From Ascoidea asiatica JCM 7603 (lineage: Eukaryota; Fungi; Ascomycota), in NCBI GenBank assembly GCA_001600695.1, contig BCKQ01000003.1:147952-211951 (forward strand): 64,000 nt of DNA, given 5' to 3'. This document shows positions 11,533 through 23,673 of this stretch, piece by piece; the first letter of the stretch is position 1, and each line of letters starts with the position of its first letter. A program made the position numbers and the translations under genes. The notes beneath the pieces were generated by a model. That model saw only the letters and a program-made list of their open reading frames with translations, was not told the DNA's origin and made no database searches.

Positions 11533-13893
11533 CTAGTTTTCTAATTCATCAACTGTGGATTCCAAGAATGAGAGCTGATCTAAGATTTCTTTACAAACTT
11601 CTTCATGTGTGAAGCCATCAAAAGTTTCAATATTTATCTTTAATTCACATACTAAAAAATGCATACTTTTCCATTGAACTAATTCAAAATCATATCCAAT
11701 TCTTTTTGCCATTCCAGGTCCATAAAGTCGAATTCTATTTCCATTCTCATCAATTATTTTACCACTTGTTTTTAATTCAATTGGATTTAATTTAGGAAAA
11801 TTTGCATGGACGAATAAAATTCTTGGTGATTTTTTAGTTAATTCAAATGAATTTATATTTGCTTTCAAATTCTCTTTTATTGGTAATTTATTTTCATTTA
11901 TTTCTTTGTTTTTATTTAGTTCTTCATTAGCTTCTTCAAATGATTTAAATAATTTTTTAGAATTTTTTAAAATATTTAAATTACTTGTTAAAATATTATA
12001 ATCTTCAACTGGATCATATTGTCCCATTCCAGTTCCAACAAATTCTCTATTAATATCAAAATGTCCAAATGCATTTAAAAATTTATTAACTTGATAATAT
12101 GGTTTCATTAAAACAACTGCTGCTGCTAAAAATGTTTCTTTATCTCCTTCTCCATCTGATCCTTGAGAAAATAATGGATAATAAAAATCTGGTCCATAAA
12201 TATTATAATATAATGATAAAAATAATGTTTTTAATTGATTTTTTTTACTAATCATTAATTGTCCAGATTCAGTTGTTGGATCTGGAATTGTACCTAATCT
12301 ATCATGTAAAGGTATATCATTAATATTATTTTCTTCATTTAAAATCCCACTTTCATAAATTCCATAATTATGATATCCATATCTAACTCTTTTATTACTT
12401 AATTCAATACCTGCAATTTTATAATAATATGGTGATGTTGCTCTTTTCCAAAAATCTGGCCAACAAATTAATCCTGTTGATAAAAATGGTTCATTTTCAA
12501 ATAAATAATCTGGTGAATGAACAGGAATATTATCTGAATCTAAAAGTAAAACATTTTCAAATGATGATACTAATAATGCTAAAACTTTATATTGATATCC
12601 AAAAAATTCAAAATTATCTGTAACATTTTTACCTAAAATATGAGGTAATAATATACATCTTGCATTTAATGCAGGAAATATTCTACCACATAAATCAATT
12701 TCATATTCTTCTAAAGTTGGTATTATAACTTCAATTGGTAATTTTGATCCAATAGATCTTAAAGATTTTATACTTAATAATGTTAACCAATTAAATTTTC
12801 CACCACCAACATAAACAATTCCATTACCCTTATATAAATCTTTAATATTTAAATTTTTTTTAAAATTGATATTATCTTTTTTATCATTATTATCATTCTC
12901 ATAACTATTATCATTATTACTGTCATTGTCCTTATCATTATCATTATTGTTATTATTATTAATATTTAAATTAATATCAGGTAAATTTTTAACAACATTT
13001 GAATGAGATTTTATTAATTGTTTTAATTCAAATTCATTTAAATCTAAAAATTGACTTAAATATTCTTCAGTTAATAATGGAGTTTTACTTTCTTTGCCTA
13101 CATCATAACCTGCATGATAAATTCTATCATTTGTTTTATATCTTGTTAATGGATCAATTTTTGGATTTGAATTATAAATTAGATTAAATACATTTTCAAA
13201 AAGTTCTTGTAAATTTTTTAATCTTGAACCACTTAAATCAAAATCAGTTATTGTTGTTGCTAGTTTATATTTTTCAAAATTTATATTTTTTTCAGTTTTT
13301 GTATTTGTATTTGAAAAAGATTCTGAATTTGATTCTTGATTTTCTTGATTTTCTTGTTTTTGTTGATTTAAGTTATTTGATGATTTATTATCATCTTCGT
13401 CATTATTACTACTATCATTGTGATCAATTTTATTGTCATTTTTTCTGTCATTATTATTGATCTCATCAATGTTTTCATTATTATTAATATTATTGTTACG
13501 ATCATGATGATCATTATTTTGAATATCTTTCAATTGTTTATGATAATTGAAATAATTATCTTTTATATTATTGATTTGATTATTACTTTTGGATTTAGTT
13601 ATCTGATTTTGATTCTGTATATTATCTTCATTATTATCTATATTATTCTGATTATTTAAATCATTTTCATTAATTATATCATTTTGATTTTGTTGAATTG
13701 AATTTACACTTTGTTTAATATCGTTTATATTTGTATCTTTATCTAAATCTAAGGTTGATCTTGAATTTGAGAAAGTATACTGATAATTATAAATTATCAA
13801 TAAAAAGAATAAAAAAAATACTATAATTGGAATGTTTTTTAAGTTTTTATTAAATCTTTTAAATCTTGAGTGATAAACTTTTATACTGAACAT
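11533..13893 (-). CDS. MNN2: Golgi alpha-1,2-mannosyltransferase, GT71 (Mnn2/Mnn5 family)
   Basis: Type II TM anchor, Asn-rich stem, GIVYVGGGKFNW, SSFENVLLLDSDN, WPDFWKRATSP, TESGQ, LYYNIYGP and EGDKETF. Confidence 0.88.
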   Translation of the reverse strand: MFSIKVYHSRFKRFNKNLKNIPIIVFFLFFLLIIYNYQYTFSNSRSTLDLDKDTNINDIKQSVNSIQQNQNDIINENDLNNQNNIDNNEDNIQNQNQITKSKSNNQINNIKDNYFNYHKQLKDIQNNDHHDRNNNINNNENIDEINNNDRKNDNKIDHNDSSNNDEDDNKSSNNLNQQKQENQENQESNSESFSNTNTKTEKNINFEKYKLATTITDFDLSGSRLKNLQELFENVFNLIYNSNPKIDPLTRYKTNDRIYHAGYDVGKESKTPLLTEEYLSQFLDLNEFELKQLIKSHSNVVKNLPDINLNINNNNNNDNDKDNDSNNDNSYENDNNDKKDNINFKKNLNIKDLYKGNGIVYVGGGKFNWLTLLSIKSLRSIGSKLPIEVIIPTLEEYEIDLCGRIFPALNARCILLPHILGKNVTDNFEFFGYQYKVLALLVSSFENVLLLDSDNIPVHSPDYLFENEPFLSTGLICWPDFWKRATSPYYYKIAGIELSNKRVRYGYHNYGIYESGILNEENNINDIPLHDRLGTIPDPTTESGQLMISKKNQLKTLFLSLYYNIYGPDFYYPLFSQGSDGEGDKETFLAAAVVLMKPYYQVNKFLNAFGHFDINREFVGTGMGQYDPVEDYNILTSNLNILKNSKKLFKSFEEANEELNKNKEINENKLPIKENLKANINSFELTKKSPRILFVHANFPKLNPIELKTSGKIIDENGNRIRLYGPGMAKRIGYDFELVQWKSMHFLVCELKINIETFDGFTHEEVCKEILDQLSFLESTVDELEN

Positions 13894-16800
13894 TTTAATT
13901 TTGTAATTTGTTTCTTTTAATTAAAGTTTTTAAATGAAATGAAATTTAATCTTCAATAATAATAAACTTCAGATAACATGAATATATTCATTGTATGAAT
14001 GTAGATGAATTTTATCAATTTTATCAACTTTATCATAACTGATTTTTTACCTTCTTTTGTAAAAATACAGTAAATTCAGCACCAATTCATTCAAATCAAC
14101 TGAAAACAACTAAGACCACAAACGTTATGTAATCATGGCTGGTAAAGAGGCGCGGTTAATAGACATTAGTGGCGAATGGAAAGGCTGCTAACAGTGGCTG
14201 GTTGAATATATTTAGGACAAACATGGCGGGGCAAAAGCGGTAAGTCTTGTCATGAGAGTCTGACCTAAATCTTTAAAATAGGAGCAAAAATATCCGCGCA
14301 CGGATTCATTTATTTGTCTGCCATAGACGCCTTAATAATTTGGTAATTGCGCGCATGTCAAGCTTGCTGCGCATTTGCGCCGGCAGAGTAAAATGTTGAA
14401 TAACAGCGTGGGTGTGTTCTGCGTGCGGAGACCCTCTATTGCGTGTCATTTTCAAAGTCTCTCTCTATCTGCATGATGCACCTAGAAGTAAGCAGGTGTC
14501 GGTAGCTACCACCTCTTGCTAACTCCAAATCCGGTTTTTTATGCTGTTATTAGTCACATGCCCTTGGGTCGTTGCCCGGATAAATGGGTGTGGCGCATTT
14601 CCCCCTGCCTCGTAGGGGTGGTATTCAGAACTAGCTTTTCTGTTGAGAGCAGTGGTAGCAGCAGCGGAGTTAAGAACACTGCCAAAGGAGAGTTTGCACA
14701 GATAAACAAACAAACATAAAAACAAACAAACTCAAGGACAGTGCATCAGAGAAGAAGATAGGAAAGAAAGATCCCAACCAACAGAGCAGAAAATATCAAT
14801 TAAGAGATCAATGAAGAGAACAATAAAACAGCCATAAATTCATAATCAACAATAACAAAACAATTAAGAGAACAATAAAGATAATAAAGATTAGAAAGTT
14901 TGTCTTTGTTTAAGTTTTACAAAACTGTTAGTTTGTAGGACTAGACTGCTGTAGAGAAGAATCCTTTTATGATTCAAACAACCTCAACTTCTTATTTGTA
15001 GTTGAGACCAAAGTTGGCAAAGTTAAAAAAGCATTACATTCCTCCAATAATTTATAAACTTGGAACTCACTTTATAACGTTTATCTCAATAAACGAGTGT
15101 CAGTAAAAGAATTCAGTTAAAGAAAGATTAAAAGAAGATGATGAATTTGCTGTTATTATGGTGTTTGTAGCGTTATTTTTTTTTTTCAATATTTGTAATA
15201 AGTGAGTAACAAAATAACCAAAAATATCTTTATTATTCAGAATTTGGTAGTAAATCCATGATTGGATTTATGATTCACTACTGAATGAAATTTTTACATA
15301 GGTGAGATGATTCAAATCAATGAAAAAATAAGACTTTAGTCTAAGAAATGCTAGTAGTATTAGTTCATTTTCGAGATTTGATCAAAGATTATCATTATTT
15401 CAAGTACAGTAATATATTGATATGCTTTATAGATGTATTTCAGTATTGTTGGAAAGTATCTAAATATAATTCAAAGATTTTTTCCAAAAAAGAATCATCT
15501 ACGGCAAACGAAACTTATAAAAAAGATTTGTTACAATAAATGATAAAATAAACTTGTTTATCTTTTTTTATTCCCTAAGCCAAATATATATATATATATA
15601 TTATGAAAATCAATCTATTTCAAACTAGAATTTGGTTGATCATTATAATATTCTAATATTTCATTATTATTAGTTACTGATGATTTTATTTCTTAACTCA
15701 TAACATTTGTTACAATAAGTTTTATCCGATTTTGAACACGAAAACTGAATATTGTTCAAACTATTTTTTTTATTTTATCCAATATTAATTAATAATATTT
15801 TCTGAACAATTAAGTTTCTTTGATATATTAAAGTCATTCATAAATAAAAGCAGCCCATTGAGTAAAAAAAAAATAAAATTTTTCAAACTAACTGATATTG
15901 ATTGATTCACTCGCCCAAATTTGTCCTAATTAATTAATTGTAACTGTGACTATGAATGTAATTAGAATTTTGATTAGGATTGTCGTTTTAACATACTGTA
16001 TATTATATTGATAATTTAATGTAAGTAACCATTATCTAATGTACATTATGATTCAAAAAAAAAATAAATTCAATAAATTGTTCATTAATTTGGCAATCTT
16101 TTAACTTTTCTTATCTGAATTTGTAAAATTGTACAAAAAAAAATTAAAATAAAAATTGGTTAAAATTGTTGTATCTTTGATACAAAACTTTGAATGTAAA
16201 GTACGTTAAAGTAAGCCCAGAAAAAATATTATAAATTTATTTACCAAATATCATTAAACCTCAAATTCAATAACCATTTTAAAGTAATATGTTGCAATGA
16301 ATTGAAAAAAATATTTTCATCAAAAAATTCACAAGTAAATAAAAGTGGGCGAATATAATTTATTATATAGTACAGTAAAGTACTGTAGTTGAATTTCAAC
16401 TGATAAATAATGAAGGATATTTACCGAAGCTTACATTTTATCAGAATCATAGGCAGAAGATGTAATTTCTACATAAAACAATACCAATTGAAGTATCACT
16501 TTAAAGCCAGTTCTTAAAAATAAATATACTGTATAAAATGTTTGGCAGGCAAAATTAATTAAAATTGCAAATAAAACAACTAAAAGAGTCTCTTGGGAAT
16601 TTATTTCTTTCCTTTTGGTCTTGATCATCAAAGACCAAATAACACTAAAATCAATGAAATATCAATTAAATAAAACTCTTACACTCCTTCAATAGTTTTT
16701 TGATAATCGAGTCAAACTTCAAGGGTATTTCAAAATGTTAGCAAAGCTTGTAATGAACAATTTACTAACTTTAAGCATTGAACATTGAACATTGAGTGTA

Positions 16801-19064
16801 TGTTACACTGAATGGATTCTGGATAAATAGTGGTAAGCAAATTTTATTTTTAAATCAAACAGACTCTAATTGAATTTCTCTCCTTTTACTCTCCTTTTTT
16901 TAATTTTTATTTTCTTTCTTCTCCTTTGATTCAAATATTTGTCACTGAAAAAGTACAGTTGTCTCCTTTGTATTGTTTTTTACTTGAAAGTGGTTGAATT
17001 GACTAGCTTGAATATGGTCAAATTCAGTTTAAAGCTACTACTTCTTAGACCATTGTCTCAGCATCATTCGACATTTTATTTGGTTGGCTTAATAATAATC
17101 TAAATGATTATGATATTATTACTGAAATATGAATTATTGTATAAAGAAACTAATTGAATAAAAAAAATTACTGAATTTATTTGGTTAAATTTGATTTTGC
17201 AAGTGAAAATTTGGATTGGAGTTGCACTTTTACGAGCATCGCAGCATCTGCATTCCATCGAAAATCTCACTAGAAAATATTAAATAATAAATATTATTTA
17301 GAGAATAAATCTCAGCAAATCTTATGAAATTATATTACTGTATGAAAGTATTATGTAGAGTAATTATGTAGAATAATTATGTAGAGTTACTAGGTAGAAT
17401 ACAAATACTGTAATGATGATGGAGACCCATATCTGAATAACCAAGAAAGGAGTTTCAATTAGATTTCAAAAGAACACTTAAAAGCTTTAGTGGGTGATCA
17501 AATTTATAGATAATTGATTAATTAATTCACATTCAATAATAATCGAAACAATTCAATACTCTTCAGTCCAAGACAAAAATAAAGCTAAATGATAAATGCA
17601 AATCAATCATGTTCAATTATATCCAATTAATCCAATAATCAGTGATTCCTTTGCAGTTCCAACTTTACGAATGCCTTCATTAAATTTAGTTTAACGAAAT
17701 GAATTCCAAATCGATTCTAAATGTATTTCAAATGTATTTCAAATATATTCCAAATCTATTTTAATATCACACCAATATTACTGTGTTATTTGACTAATCT
17801 TAGACGAATTGCAAGATTGAAATATAGACCAATGATTGCATTTGCCATTTGCAAAAAGAAAAAAATGGTTTGATTTCACTCACAAAAGAAAATAAATAAA
17901 TTTAAAATTCACACTCAGAAAATACCCAACGTTAAAATAAAAAATTGAATTTACAGTCAATTACACTCACTTCACACTCACTTTACAATCTCTTTACAAT
18001 CAAATTGCAGGTAAATATTCAAATACAATTATAATTATAATTCAGTTGACAACCACTCCCAAAAAGCAATATAAAGTCCTCCAAGATCCTATCAGACAAC
18101 TTCACTAAATTCCTGCATAGAGTCTGTAGGTCTAAATTTATTTCATTTTATTTTATTAAATCTTTCAGAATTCTTGGAGAATAACAAATAAAGGCTAACA
18201 CTAAAAATATTAATACGTTCAAGTACGTTATCCAGTAACAAAATAATATTTCACTTTCTTTTGAATACTTTTTTCAACAAAGTTGTCGATACAAGACTCA
18301 GTTAGGCCTATATATAAATCAAAACTCATGAGAAATATAAAATAATACAATCCTATACTTAGAATTAAATAGCCTTGTAACTCATGTTGTAGCATTCTAA
18401 TTCAATTCTATTCACTTTCATTCAATCTAATTCAATTTCATTCACTTCTATTCAATTTCATTTAACTTTGTTCAACTTTACCCAACTCAAATAATTAGAA
18501 TCAAAAACCAAAATATCAAACAAAGATTTGAAAAAAAAATCTAAACATTTTATTTACCATAAGTGTCATATTTATTTTGTCTTGAATTGACACTTTTAAA
18601 ATAATATATATTAACTGATTTATCTTCATTTTCTTTTTTTCTTATATATTTGTTGATTACTCCACTTTTTTTTCATTAATTTTTTTCTTTAATTCAATTC
18701 AATTTTGATAATTTCCAATTTTTTGTTTCCTAAATTTTCAATTGAATTCAGAAATATCTGTAATTATAATTTATACTATTTTTTTTTATATAATTTTCAT
18801 TTTCGTATCAGTTTTTATATCAATTTTCATATCAATTTTTATATTGAATAATTTTTATTTTCATATATATTTCATATTGCTTTATATTCTTACTTTCTTT
18901 TATCTAAAAGTATATTTAACTGAATCCAATTAATCAATCTTTTATATTTTTAGTTTCAATCTCAAATCTTATCTTAGTTCAAATAAAAAAAAAAGTAAAA
19001 AAGTTCAAATACAATTTGAAAATATATAATAATAAAACTCAATTAAAATATAATAAATAGAATA

Positions 19065-20936
19065 ATGGATCATCGTAAAGAACTTGATAGAAGTGATAAT
19101 CAATCAATTAATCTAAACAGAAGAAATTCATTTAATTCCTTTTACAATGCTCCAGGTACTGGTTTTAATATTTCGGATGAAGAGTCTGAAGAAGCTCCTT
19201 CCAAAGGAAAAATATTAATGGAACAATCATCTGCTTCAACTACAAACAATACTACAACTGCTCATAATAGTAATGATGATAATGATGCAAATTCTGTGAA
19301 TACTTCTTCAACTGCTTCAACTTTATATAGACAAGTTTCTTATGAATTACATCAAGTAACTTCTCATCAGCATTTAGCTTTAGCTCAAGGTCATCAATTA
19401 ATTCATCAACTTAAATTTTATGATTTAGCTGCTTTGACTTTTAGTTGTCAAATTGGTAGTGGTATTACTATAACAATTGGTTCTGGTTTAAAAACTGGTG
19501 GACCAGGTGCTTTATTTGTTTGTTATTTGATTATGGCTTCGATTTGTTATATTGTATTATCTAGTTTATGTGAAATGGCTACATATATTCCTTTACCAGA
19601 TGGATTTTCTGGTTATGGTTCAAGATATGTTGATAGAGCTTTTGGTTTTGCAACTGGTTATGCTTATTTTTTTAAATATGTTATTCTTGCTCCTTCTCAA
19701 ATGAGTGCTGCATCTGCTGCCATTCAGTATTGGATATCAAAGGATAAAGTCAATCCTGCTGTTTGGATTGCAATATTTTTTATTTTTGATGTTGGTTCAA
19801 ATTTTGTTGGTATAAATAATTATGCAACTATTGTAAAAGTTTTTGCATCCATTAAAATAGTTGTTCTCATAGGTTTAGCTCTTTTTTCTTTTATTCTTGC
19901 AATGGGTGGAGGACCAAATCATGATAGAACTGGGTTTAGATATTGGATAGAACCTGGAGCTTTTGCTGAATATAAGTCTTTTCAAGGAAGTGGTGGACAG
20001 CTTGCTTCTTTTCTTGCAACTTTGTTACCTTCAATTTATTCTTTAATTGGGTTAGAAGTTTATGGTATTGCATTGGGAGAGACTGCTTCTCCAATCAGAG
20101 AAAATATTCATAAAGCTCATAAAATAATATATCGTACTATTTTACCTTTATATGTTTTATTGGTTTTCTTTTTAGGAATGATTATTCCTTATAATGATGC
20201 TGCTCTAATAAAAGGTGTAAGTTCAGGTTCTTCAAATGCTGCTTCTTCTGCTTTTGTTATCGCTATCAAAAATGCTGGTATTCCTGTTTTACCACATATT
20301 ATAAATGCATCAATTTTAATTTTTGTCTTTTCAGCTTCTAATTCTGAACTTTTCACTGCAATTCGTACTTTATATGGGTTATCTGTATCTGGATTGGCTC
20401 CTTCAATTTTTTCAAAAACAAATAAAAGACATATTCCTTTATATTCATTAGGATTTTGTTCTTCTTTTGGTTTATTAGGTTTTATGAATGCTAATACTTC
20501 TTCAAAAGCAATTTTTGGTTATTTTGTTAATGTTGTTACAGTTTTCGGGTTAATTGCTTGGGGAAGCATCTTGCTTTCTCATATTAGATTCACAAAGGCT
20601 ATAGCTATTCAAGGTATAGAAAGAAAAAGTCAAGTTTATTATAAAGCTTTTGGTGTTCCATATTTACAATATTTTGGACTTGCAGTTGTTATACTCTTAA
20701 TATTGATTAAAAATTATACAGTTTTCTTAGATTATGCTGATAGTGGAACCTTTGATTATAAAACATTCATTTCTGGTTATATTGGAATTCCAATTTTTAT
20801 TGGATTTTATTTTGGTTACAAATTTTATCATGGAACTGAAATTATTCCATTAGAGGATATAGATTTATTCTTTTATAAAGAAATTATTGATGCCGAAGAT
20901 GAAGCTTATATGAGAGATCACAAATCTGATGCATAA
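19065..20936 (+). CDS. APC-family amino acid permease, Dip5-like but divergent
   Basis: EMATYIPLPDGFSGYGSRYVD, YWISKDKVNPAVW, GGGPNHDRTGFRYW..PGAF and FDYKTFISGYIG match DIP5; the TM1 and GEFEFW motifs are altered. Confidence 0.85.
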   Translation: MDHRKELDRSDNQSINLNRRNSFNSFYNAPGTGFNISDEESEEAPSKGKILMEQSSASTTNNTTTAHNSNDDNDANSVNTSSTASTLYRQVSYELHQVTSHQHLALAQGHQLIHQLKFYDLAALTFSCQIGSGITITIGSGLKTGGPGALFVCYLIMASICYIVLSSLCEMATYIPLPDGFSGYGSRYVDRAFGFATGYAYFFKYVILAPSQMSAASAAIQYWISKDKVNPAVWIAIFFIFDVGSNFVGINNYATIVKVFASIKIVVLIGLALFSFILAMGGGPNHDRTGFRYWIEPGAFAEYKSFQGSGGQLASFLATLLPSIYSLIGLEVYGIALGETASPIRENIHKAHKIIYRTILPLYVLLVFFLGMIIPYNDAALIKGVSSGSSNAASSAFVIAIKNAGIPVLPHIINASILIFVFSASNSELFTAIRTLYGLSVSGLAPSIFSKTNKRHIPLYSLGFCSSFGLLGFMNANTSSKAIFGYFVNVVTVFGLIAWGSILLSHIRFTKAIAIQGIERKSQVYYKAFGVPYLQYFGLAVVILLILIKNYTVFLDYADSGTFDYKTFISGYIGIPIFIGFYFGYKFYHGTEIIPLEDIDLFFYKEIIDAEDEAYMRDHKSDA

Positions 20937-21268
20937 GAAAATCAAGTTTTTTATATTTTTAGTTTTTTATTTCAATTTCCTTCATTCTCTTCTACACTTA
21001 CATTTTTTTTATTGATATTTGTATACTATTTTATCTTTAATGTTCAATTCCTTTTACCATTGGTAATAAACTTTCTGCTAGTCATCAAAATATATAATAC
21101 TCTGTTTCATAAGACAATAAAAAGATCAGACAAGAATGCTTATTTTTTTAAGACATTTTTTTTTTTTATTTTATAATTCTTAGATTAATTTAGTACAATT
21201 GAAAACGGATGAAGAATTTTTCATAAAAAATGGAAAAAAAAAAACATAAAAAAAAGCATATTGATTGA

Positions 21269-22555
21269 TTATTTAAATAATTTTTCAAGTGAGACTGCAC
21301 CATCATTATTTTTAGCCATGACTTTAGCTACAGCCAATTCGAAATCTTCTTGAGTTACATGAATCCTTCTTTCTCTTAAAGCGTACATACCAGCTTCAGT
21401 ACAAACACCTTTAACGTCAGCACCTGAGCAACCATTCATTTTTTCAGCAATTTTTTTCAAATTAATACCTCTTGTTAAATTCATTGATCTTGAATGAATT
21501 TTTAAAATATCTGTTCTTGCAGTTACATTTGGAGGAGGGAATTCTATTTTTCTATCAATTCTACCGGGTCTTAATAAAGCAGGATCTAATATATCTAATC
21601 TATTTGTGGCCATTATAATTTTAATATTTTTTGAAGATTCGAAACCATCCAATTGATTTAATAATTCCAACATTGTTCTTTGAACTTCAGAATCTCCACC
21701 ACTATTACCTTCAACTCTTGAAGAACCAATTGAATCAATTTCATCCATAAATATAATTGAAGGGGCATGTTCTCTTGCCATTACAAATAATTCTCTAACC
21801 ATTCTTGAACCTTCACCGATATATTTTTGAACTAATTCACTTCCAGAAACTCTAATAAATTTACATTCAGTATGATGAGCAACAGCTCTTGCTAATAAAG
21901 TTTTTCCAGTTCCTGGAGGACCATATAATATAACACCTTTAGGTTGAGCAATACCTAAACTTTCAAATAATTCAGGATGTTTTACAGGTAATTCAATAAC
22001 TTCTTTGATTTCTTTGATTTGTTTATCTAAACCACCTACCATATCATAAGTTGAATCAGGAACTTTTTCAACCATCATTAAACTCACTAAAGGATCAACT
22101 TTATTTGGTAAAATTTCATGTAAATCATAAGTATCAGATCTTAAACAAACTCTTAAATTAGGAGTTAATTTTTTAATATCAATATTTGAAGTAATATTGA
22201 CAATATATTTACCTTCAGTATTTATTTTAACTAGAACTTTTTTTTTCCCCATAACTTTAATAACTTCAGCAACATAAGAAGCTGGATCTTGTAATAATTT
22301 TAATTCGTCTTTTAAAGATCTAACTTTTGAATTTAATTTATTTCTTTGAGCTTCTAATCTTCTTAAATTCTGAGTTCTTTCACTTATTTCAATTTGAGTA
22401 TCTTGAATTTTTTGTTCAAAAAAAGGTTTAATACCACTTTGATGAATTATTTTATTATCAAATTCCGATGTTGATGATGTTAATGGAGTTTGAGTTGTAG
22501 ATGAAGAACTAACTTGGGAAGAAGATTGAATTACTGAAGATTCAACAGACGCCAT
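21269..22555 (-). CDS. RPT6: 26S proteasome regulatory AAA-ATPase subunit Rpt6
   Basis: [58 protein letters not shown] and C-terminal SLEKLFK. Confidence 0.98.
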   Translation of the reverse strand: MASVESSVIQSSSQVSSSSTTQTPLTSSTSEFDNKIIHQSGIKPFFEQKIQDTQIEISERTQNLRRLEAQRNKLNSKVRSLKDELKLLQDPASYVAEVIKVMGKKKVLVKINTEGKYIVNITSNIDIKKLTPNLRVCLRSDTYDLHEILPNKVDPLVSLMMVEKVPDSTYDMVGGLDKQIKEIKEVIELPVKHPELFESLGIAQPKGVILYGPPGTGKTLLARAVAHHTECKFIRVSGSELVQKYIGEGSRMVRELFVMAREHAPSIIFMDEIDSIGSSRVEGNSGGDSEVQRTMLELLNQLDGFESSKNIKIIMATNRLDILDPALLRPGRIDRKIEFPPPNVTARTDILKIHSRSMNLTRGINLKKIAEKMNGCSGADVKGVCTEAGMYALRERRIHVTQEDFELAVAKVMAKNNDGAVSLEKLFK

Positions 22556-22719
22556 TTTTGATTGGATTATAATTGGTATAATAATTATTAGTTTATGTGC
22601 TTGTTTTAAAAAATCAATTCCAGTTAATTCAGTTGATAATCTTTATTATTTCACACTTTTCCTTTTTACTTAATTCATTGTTTCTATTGATCTTGATTAT
22701 TTCATTGATGTTTCTTGAA

Positions 22720-22728
22720 TTTGCCATC
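22720..22728 (-). promoter_or_regulatory. PACE-like (Rpn4) element GATGGCAAA
   Basis: One mismatch to GGTGGCAAA, about 165 bp upstream of the RPT6 ATG. Confidence 0.5.
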
Positions 22729-23291
22729 CATTTGATAGTTCTGTTCTTCACCGGTCCAGGCGCATCCTCCAACGGAAACCAGCCAGGAAGCCAAATCCTT
22801 GAAAAAATATAAATCCATATTTACGGCACGTGTATCAATTAGATATTTTTAAAATTATAAATTTTTCTTTTTTTGTTCGTTCGAAAAAAGTTGAGACGGA
22901 TGTGATAGATTTGGAAACGTAAAGTAAATTGAATAAATAAATAAACAATAGAGATATAACAACGAGTGGAAAATAATATCACTAGTACCTCAGTTTAAAA
23001 AGTAATAAGAACAATATACTCAAGGTCGAAAATTAGAACTACAAATTTACACATTTTAAGAGCTAGTTACTTCAGTTGATTATTTATTCATTTGAATTTA
23101 AAAAAATACTAAAAAAAGAAGACAAAAAAAAAAAAACTAAGAGAAATACATAAAACAAAAGGTACCATATTCTTAAAGAATCATTTAAGAATTCAAAGAA
23201 CTTTCCGGAAAACAATTGAAAACTATTTGAATGTGGTTAGTATAATGTACTATATTGCAAAATGAATTGAATGTAAACCTTTTTTATGTAA

Positions 23292-23387
23292 TTTAATCAG
23301 AGATGAGCAAAGCTCTTGGATTTGATACTCATGGAATAGGGTCTTAAGCTACCTAGTAAACACGGACCAATTTAGTCATCATTTAGA
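23292..23387 (-). ncRNA. snR18: C/D box snoRNA U18/snR18-like (25S rRNA 2'-O-methylation guide)
   Basis: C box ATGATGA 23382-23376; guide TTGGTCCGTGTTT complementary to 25S AAACACGGACCAA; internal TAAGACCC and ATGAGT as I recall in yeast U18; D box CTGA 23300-23297. The D' box is degenerate. Confidence 0.85.
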
Positions 23388-23594
23388 AAATACATTTAGG
23401 CAAAAAAGCATATAGCAAGAAAGTAACTTACTTACAATTTCAAGGAAGTTAGAAAACTAAAATACTATTTCAAAACTATTTAAAACTATAGCAATTGAAT
23501 AAAGTTAGTGATTCGTTATTAAATGATATTTTTATTAATTTTGACAATAATCGAAAGATAATGAATGATATTTATAAAATTTGAGTAATTATAA

Positions 23595-23673
23595 TTATAT
23601 CAGCAAAGGCAAAATATTATCCTCTTAAGTAAACTTCGGATCAGGTCTGTGAAATTTGTCTTCATCATATTAT
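23595..23673 (-). ncRNA. snR56: C/D box snoRNA snR56-like (guide for the 18S Gm1428-equivalent)
   Basis: C box ATGATGA 23668-23662; guide TCACAGACCTG complementary to 18S CAGGTCTGTGA; D' CCGA 23639-23636 at the same spacing as snR56; D box CTGA 23603-23600; self-complementary TATAATTATA flanks. Confidence 0.85.

Noticed and set aside
15138-15284. ATGATGA...CTGA as a third C/D snoRNA
   Set aside because: Only 8-10 nt of AT-rich complementarity to rRNA, no terminal stem and no intron context.
17413-17436. ATGATGA followed by CTGA
   Set aside because: The boxes are too close together and there is no guide sequence.
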